64,000 nucleotides of DNA. Origin: Deltaproteobacteria bacterium. GTDB lineage: Bacteria > Desulfobacterota > Binatia > HRBIN30. The stretch lies in the NCBI GenBank assembly GCA_016200585.1, contig JACQEN010000136.1:19499-83498 (forward strand), written 5' to 3'. The notes below the pieces were generated by a model. It had not been told where the DNA came from. It saw only the letters and a list, made by a program, of their open reading frames with translations, and ran no database searches. Every line of letters begins with the position of its first letter. The stretch's first letter is position 1. This document shows positions 59,932 through 64,000 of this stretch, one piece after another. The translations under genes were made by a program, and so were the position numbers.

Positions 59932-61638
59932 GTGGTCCCATACGTCGCGTTGGCGTCGCTGGCGCTGGCGGCGTTCGCAACGACTCTCGACAACGGATTT
60001 GTCTGGATTGATCACTGGCAGATTGAGTCCGGGGGACTGATCGCACGCTCGTGGCCGGAATTGGCGCAGGCAGTCTTGCAGCCGCTCGGTTCGATGGAGG
60101 GATGGCGCGAAGCCGCTCCGTACACGCGGCCGACGGTGATCGTCGTCTTGAGCCTGGTCAATCTGCTGGCTGGGATTTCTGCCCCGGCCTATCACGCGCT
60201 TTGCGTCGGCTTACACGTCGCGAACACGGCCTTGGTCTACAGTCTGCTGGGCGCTCTCGGTGCTGTGCCGGTGGTGGCGTGGTTCAGCGCTGCGATTTTT
60301 GCCGTCCATCCGCTGCAAACCGCAGCCGTGTCGTGGATTTCCGGTATTGCCGATCCCCTCGGCGCATTCTTTCTCCTTGTCGCCTGGCGATTCGAGGTGG
60401 CGGGCCGTCGCGGCGGTCGGCGTTTGCGGTACTACGGCGCAGCCGCTCTTAGCTTCGCCCTGGCTCTGGGGGCGAAGGAGACGGCGGCCGTCTTACCGTT
60501 GCTGATTGCGGCGGCGTATCTTTGTGTGCCGACGAATCTGCGGAGCGAGAAGCGCTGGTCCGCTGCTCTTCGTTCGGTATGGCCGTTTCTTCTCGTCCTC
60601 GCTGCCGTGTTCGCCTATCGCTGCTTGGTTCTGAGCGGCGCAGCCCTCGGTGTGCAGGGCCCTGCATTCCCGCTGCGCGTTCGTCTGCAAACCCTGTCGC
60701 GCCTGCTCGTCGACTATCTGCTCCTGCCGCTGCGCTTCGCGGCGCTGACGACCTGTGATGATTTTCGCGTGTCGCTGACTTGGACTGCGGAAGACACGCT
60801 GGCAACGGCGGCGCTAGGGGCTCTGACGTTGGTCGTGTACTGGCTGCGCCGGCACCTACGGCAATTGCCCTTCGCTGTCGTGTGCATGACGATATGCCTG
60901 CTCCCGGCGCTGAACCTCGTTCCGATCCTGCACTACCGAGCCGATCGCTTCTTTTACCTGCCGATGATGGGCTGGTCGTTGGGAGTTGTCGCGACCGTTC
61001 ACTACGTGCTGGCGCGTTCGCCGAGGCTACGCCGTATCGGTGTCGCGCTCGCCGTTGCGGCAACGGTCGCCCTGCTGGTGAGTACGGTGCGTCGCAACCG
61101 TTTGTTTCACGATGATTTGACGTTGTTCGAACAGGTCGTGCAGGTATCACCGCACTGCCGTGAAGCGCATACGACGCTCGGCGACGCGTATCTTCATGCC
61201 GGTCGCAGTGCCGACGCGGCCGCGCATTACGAAAGCGCGCTGGTCGGTGAGTCCGATCGCGCCAGCTACGTCGTCTTGCCAAAGGTTCTCATCAATCTCG
61301 GTTTGGCTCGCCTGGCGCAACACCGCTACCAAGAGGCGATCGCTGCCCTGCGTCGCGCCCACGACATCGAGCCGCAGCTTGCCAACCCTGTCTTCGGATT
61401 GGGGGTGGCGCATATGGCACTTGGTGAGTCGGCCGAAGGCATGCGTTGGCTGGAGCAGGCTGATGCGCTTCAGGCCAATGATCCCGACATCGTCCTCGAC
61501 TTGGCGCGTGCTTACGACCAAGCGGGACGTTCCGCCGAAGCGATCGACCGCTATCGGCAGTATCTTGGGTTGGTCATTCGAGGACGAGCACGCGAGGCGG
61601 TTGCGCACCGCGTACAAGAGCTGTCGGCGCGTCCGTGA
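59932..61638 (+). CDS. polytopic membrane protein with C-terminal TPR repeats (TMTC/PMT-like glycosyltransferase-related architecture)
   Basis: About 11 TM helices in the N-terminal 380 aa, then 5-6 TPR-like repeats (AHTTLGDAYLHAGRSADAAAHYESAL...). Confidence 0.55.
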   Translation: MVPYVALASLALAAFATTLDNGFVWIDHWQIESGGLIARSWPELAQAVLQPLGSMEGWREAAPYTRPTVIVVLSLVNLLAGISAPAYHALCVGLHVANTALVYSLLGALGAVPVVAWFSAAIFAVHPLQTAAVSWISGIADPLGAFFLLVAWRFEVAGRRGGRRLRYYGAAALSFALALGAKETAAVLPLLIAAAYLCVPTNLRSEKRWSAALRSVWPFLLVLAAVFAYRCLVLSGAALGVQGPAFPLRVRLQTLSRLLVDYLLLPLRFAALTTCDDFRVSLTWTAEDTLATAALGALTLVVYWLRRHLRQLPFAVVCMTICLLPALNLVPILHYRADRFFYLPMMGWSLGVVATVHYVLARSPRLRRIGVALAVAATVALLVSTVRRNRLFHDDLTLFEQVVQVSPHCREAHTTLGDAYLHAGRSADAAAHYESALVGESDRASYVVLPKVLINLGLARLAQHRYQEAIAALRRAHDIEPQLANPVFGLGVAHMALGESAEGMRWLEQADALQANDPDIVLDLARAYDQAGRSAEAIDRYRQYLGLVIRGRAREAVAHRVQELSARP

Positions 61639-61708
61639 GTGCGGCTCACTGCTTGCGTCTTGGCGACTGTGCGCGAGAGCCATCTGTCGCATTGAGTGAT
61701 CGGTCGAC

Positions 61709-63958
61709 TCAGCAGTAACCCAGTGCGGCGTTGATCGCTTGAATCAGCTCGTCGATGCTCACCGTGCCGTTGCGGTCGCTGTCGAAATTCGAACAGCTGG
61801 ACAATGGCTGACTGCCGAGGACGATATCCACGCCGCGAATGATTTCGTCGATGGTGACCGTGCCGTCGCCGTCGCAATCGCCAACACAAGCGGCAAGCGG
61901 GTGATCCATTGCGTCTGCCGGATTCGTTCCGGCATCGAGCTCGTCGCGATCGTAGAAACCGTCGGCATCGCGATCGAGAGCAACGCGCGTTCCCGTACCC
62001 GGCGGAGCACAAGTGTAGGTCAGCGGTTGCCCCGCCGTTGCTGCGAGGCCGCGCAGTTGCCCATCGCTGAGCGCTGCTTCGGTGCGCCGGTCGCTGTGGA
62101 AGAGCCCGTCTGCGGGATCGAACAGGTAACCACGCGCGGCGCCGCCGATGGTGCCTTTCACGACGAGATCGCATTCGTGTGCTCCGGGGTGATCGACCAA
62201 AACGAAGGCGCTCATGGCTCTGGCTTCGAGAAGATCGATACGCGGTCCGGCGACGGGCGCATTGCCGTCGCTCAGTGTGATTTGCTGGCCGACGATCGGT
62301 GCGTAGTTTGAATCGAAGGCGAGGATGAACTGTTCGAGATCACTGCGTTCATCCTCGCCCAGACCGAATACCGTGGCGTGCATGAAGTCGAAGAGCGTCG
62401 CGACGCTGCCGTCGTGCAGGAACCCGAAGCCGCGGACCTGATCGCCGTGCGGCTGGCGATCCTCCGGCGGCACGTTGAGGAAGGAAATTCCCGGCATGCC
62501 GAACATTCCAACCTTTGTGTAGGCGTTGCGTAGCTGTGGAACTTTGAATTCCTGCGGTTCGTTTTCGAACGTAGTCTTGCCGCCGGTGCCGAAAAATCCC
62601 TGCGCCGCGTCGAGCGCATGACAACCGTTGCACGACGCCACCGCGTCGACACCGTTGTGGTTGAAGTACGTATTGCGCCCGTTGGCTTGCGATGCAGTGA
62701 GCTGGTTGTCCAAGGCGCGCACCGGATTCGGCGGCATCGCGACTTCGAGGATGAAGTCGGTGAAGGCTTTCATGTCGTCGTCGGAGAGTTTGCCCTCATC
62801 GCGTCCGAGCAATCCATCGAAGGCGACGTTGAAGGCAGCGAAAGCAAGATGGGCGTCGAGCGCGTTTGGGTCGTCGAGGAAGCTTCCCCCGCTGCGATCT
62901 CCGCGCCAGTGCATCGGGCCGCTGTGCGCCATGCTGCGTAATGTTTGCGTGGTCATCGGTCCTTTGAGTGGATGAAACGGTTGCCGGCTGCCGATCGGTC
63001 CGGGCGGATTGAAGCTCTGCATTACAGGATCGTCGGGGTTGCCGAGGTCCCATCCGAGACTGTCGAAGTCGGCGAACACATGACAGCTCGAACACGACGC
63101 TTCACCGTTGCTCGACGTCAAGCGCGCGTCGTAGAGAAAGTGGCGCCCCTGGACGACCACCGCAGGTTCCGGGTTGTGCATGGGATAGGCGGCGATCTCG
63201 GCGCGGTTTGCGGTGTCGACGGCTTTGACGGAGTTGTCGAAGCGGGTGAGCACGTAGAGCCGCTGATGGACTTCGTCGAGAGCCAGGCCGGTAGGGCCAC
63301 CGCCGCTCAGGGCGATCTGCTGCGTCGGGTCGGGGACGAAGCTGTCGTCTTCGACCTGCGTGCTGTCGAAGGTTCCGATCGCGCTCGATCCGAAGGCGGC
63401 GACATACAGGCGCCCCGTGCTGCTGAGGGCCATGCCGAGCGGCGTGGCCAGACTGGCGTTCTTGATTGCGGTCGGCATCGGTGTCGTGCGGTAGCCCTGC
63501 GGCAGGGAGTCGATGTGCTTGTTGAGGTGGCGTGCCTGGACGTTGGCGCCGCTGATGACGCTGATGCGTGCCTCGTGCAGGTGACCGCGCACGGTCGTGG
63601 AGCTCGTGCCCGGTCCTTCGAAGCGAATCTCGTTGTGAGCGTCGGTGTTGGTGACGTAGAGCTTGCCGTTGGTCGGGTTGACGATCATGTTGAACAGGAT
63701 CGTGCCGGCATGGGCGACGGAAGCGGTTTCGACCGGCGGAGCAGCCAGCGCATCGATGGTGAAGACGTCGCGGTCGGGAAGGTTGAAGCGGACGGCGTTG
63801 GTCCAATTGCGGCCTTCGTGGTCTTGCCAAAGACCGCTGTCGGGGTCGAGCTTGACGATCAATCCGGTTTCCGGACCGGGAACGTTTTCGACGTTGAAGT
63901 TCGGCGCCGGCAGTCCGCCCGGCACCATTGCCGAGGGCAACCCACCCGGCATCTGCAC
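61709..63958 (-). CDS. secreted multi-domain protein: YVTN-type beta-propeller + di-haem cytochrome-c-peroxidase-like module + C-terminal dockerin-like Ca-binding repeats (may extend beyond the window)
   Basis: Propeller motifs KLYVTNTDAHN, RLYVAAFGSS, RLYVLTRFDNS. Two CXXCH motifs (CSSCH, CNGCH) with CCP-like spacing. C-terminal DCDGDGTVTIDEIIRGVDIVLG and DSDRNGTVSIDELIQAINAALG resemble dockerin repeat pairs. Confidence 0.55.
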   Translation of the reverse strand: MQMPGGLPSAMVPGGLPAPNFNVENVPGPETGLIVKLDPDSGLWQDHEGRNWTNAVRFNLPDRDVFTIDALAAPPVETASVAHAGTILFNMIVNPTNGKLYVTNTDAHNEIRFEGPGTSSTTVRGHLHEARISVISGANVQARHLNKHIDSLPQGYRTTPMPTAIKNASLATPLGMALSSTGRLYVAAFGSSAIGTFDSTQVEDDSFVPDPTQQIALSGGGPTGLALDEVHQRLYVLTRFDNSVKAVDTANRAEIAAYPMHNPEPAVVVQGRHFLYDARLTSSNGEASCSSCHVFADFDSLGWDLGNPDDPVMQSFNPPGPIGSRQPFHPLKGPMTTQTLRSMAHSGPMHWRGDRSGGSFLDDPNALDAHLAFAAFNVAFDGLLGRDEGKLSDDDMKAFTDFILEVAMPPNPVRALDNQLTASQANGRNTYFNHNGVDAVASCNGCHALDAAQGFFGTGGKTTFENEPQEFKVPQLRNAYTKVGMFGMPGISFLNVPPEDRQPHGDQVRGFGFLHDGSVATLFDFMHATVFGLGEDERSDLEQFILAFDSNYAPIVGQQITLSDGNAPVAGPRIDLLEARAMSAFVLVDHPGAHECDLVVKGTIGGAARGYLFDPADGLFHSDRRTEAALSDGQLRGLAATAGQPLTYTCAPPGTGTRVALDRDADGFYDRDELDAGTNPADAMDHPLAACVGDCDGDGTVTIDEIIRGVDIVLGSQPLSSCSNFDSDRNGTVSIDELIQAINAALGYC

Positions 63959-64000
63959 ACCATCGAGCCCGCAGGCGGGGACGAGCGCGCCGCCGTTGCA

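Overview
This is a GC-rich (about 65-70%) bacterial chromosomal segment with dense coding on both strands. Most genes are core housekeeping: acs, cysS, moaA, uppP, lexA, hemW, coaBC, mrp/apbC, mltG, aat, a family-4 UDG, a GH57 enzyme, a TPP-dependent enzyme, and a large multi-PAS hybrid histidine kinase. Three tRNA genes are present: Ala-CGC, Arg-TCG and Thr-TGT. The accessory content is secreted or repeat proteins: a Myxococcus-type Cys-rich-repeat protein, DUF1554-like and DUF1566/Vgb-like propeller proteins, two further beta-propeller proteins, a Cys-rich 663-aa protein, and a propeller/di-haem/dockerin protein. The Cys-rich repeat type and the DUF1554/DUF1566 families suggest a deltaproteobacterial or Myxococcota-like (or related uncultured) lineage, but this is an inference. 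The most concrete unannotated signal is a perfect 39-bp direct repeat of the 3' half of tRNA-Arg. It brackets a 3.6-kb islet (18186-21737) that carries no integrase and looks like a decayed tRNA-targeted insertion. Two probable pseudogenes were found: a frameshifted APC permease, and a polyprenyl synthetase lacking the first DDxxD motif. I found no CRISPR array, no integrase, transposase or phage genes, and no recognisable defence-system cassette (nuclease, helicase or ATPase). Nothing here qualifies as a clearly novel multi-gene system; the islet and the secreted-protein clusters are the best candidates for follow-up. Coordinates of starts are approximate where alternative start codons (GTG/TTG) are possible.
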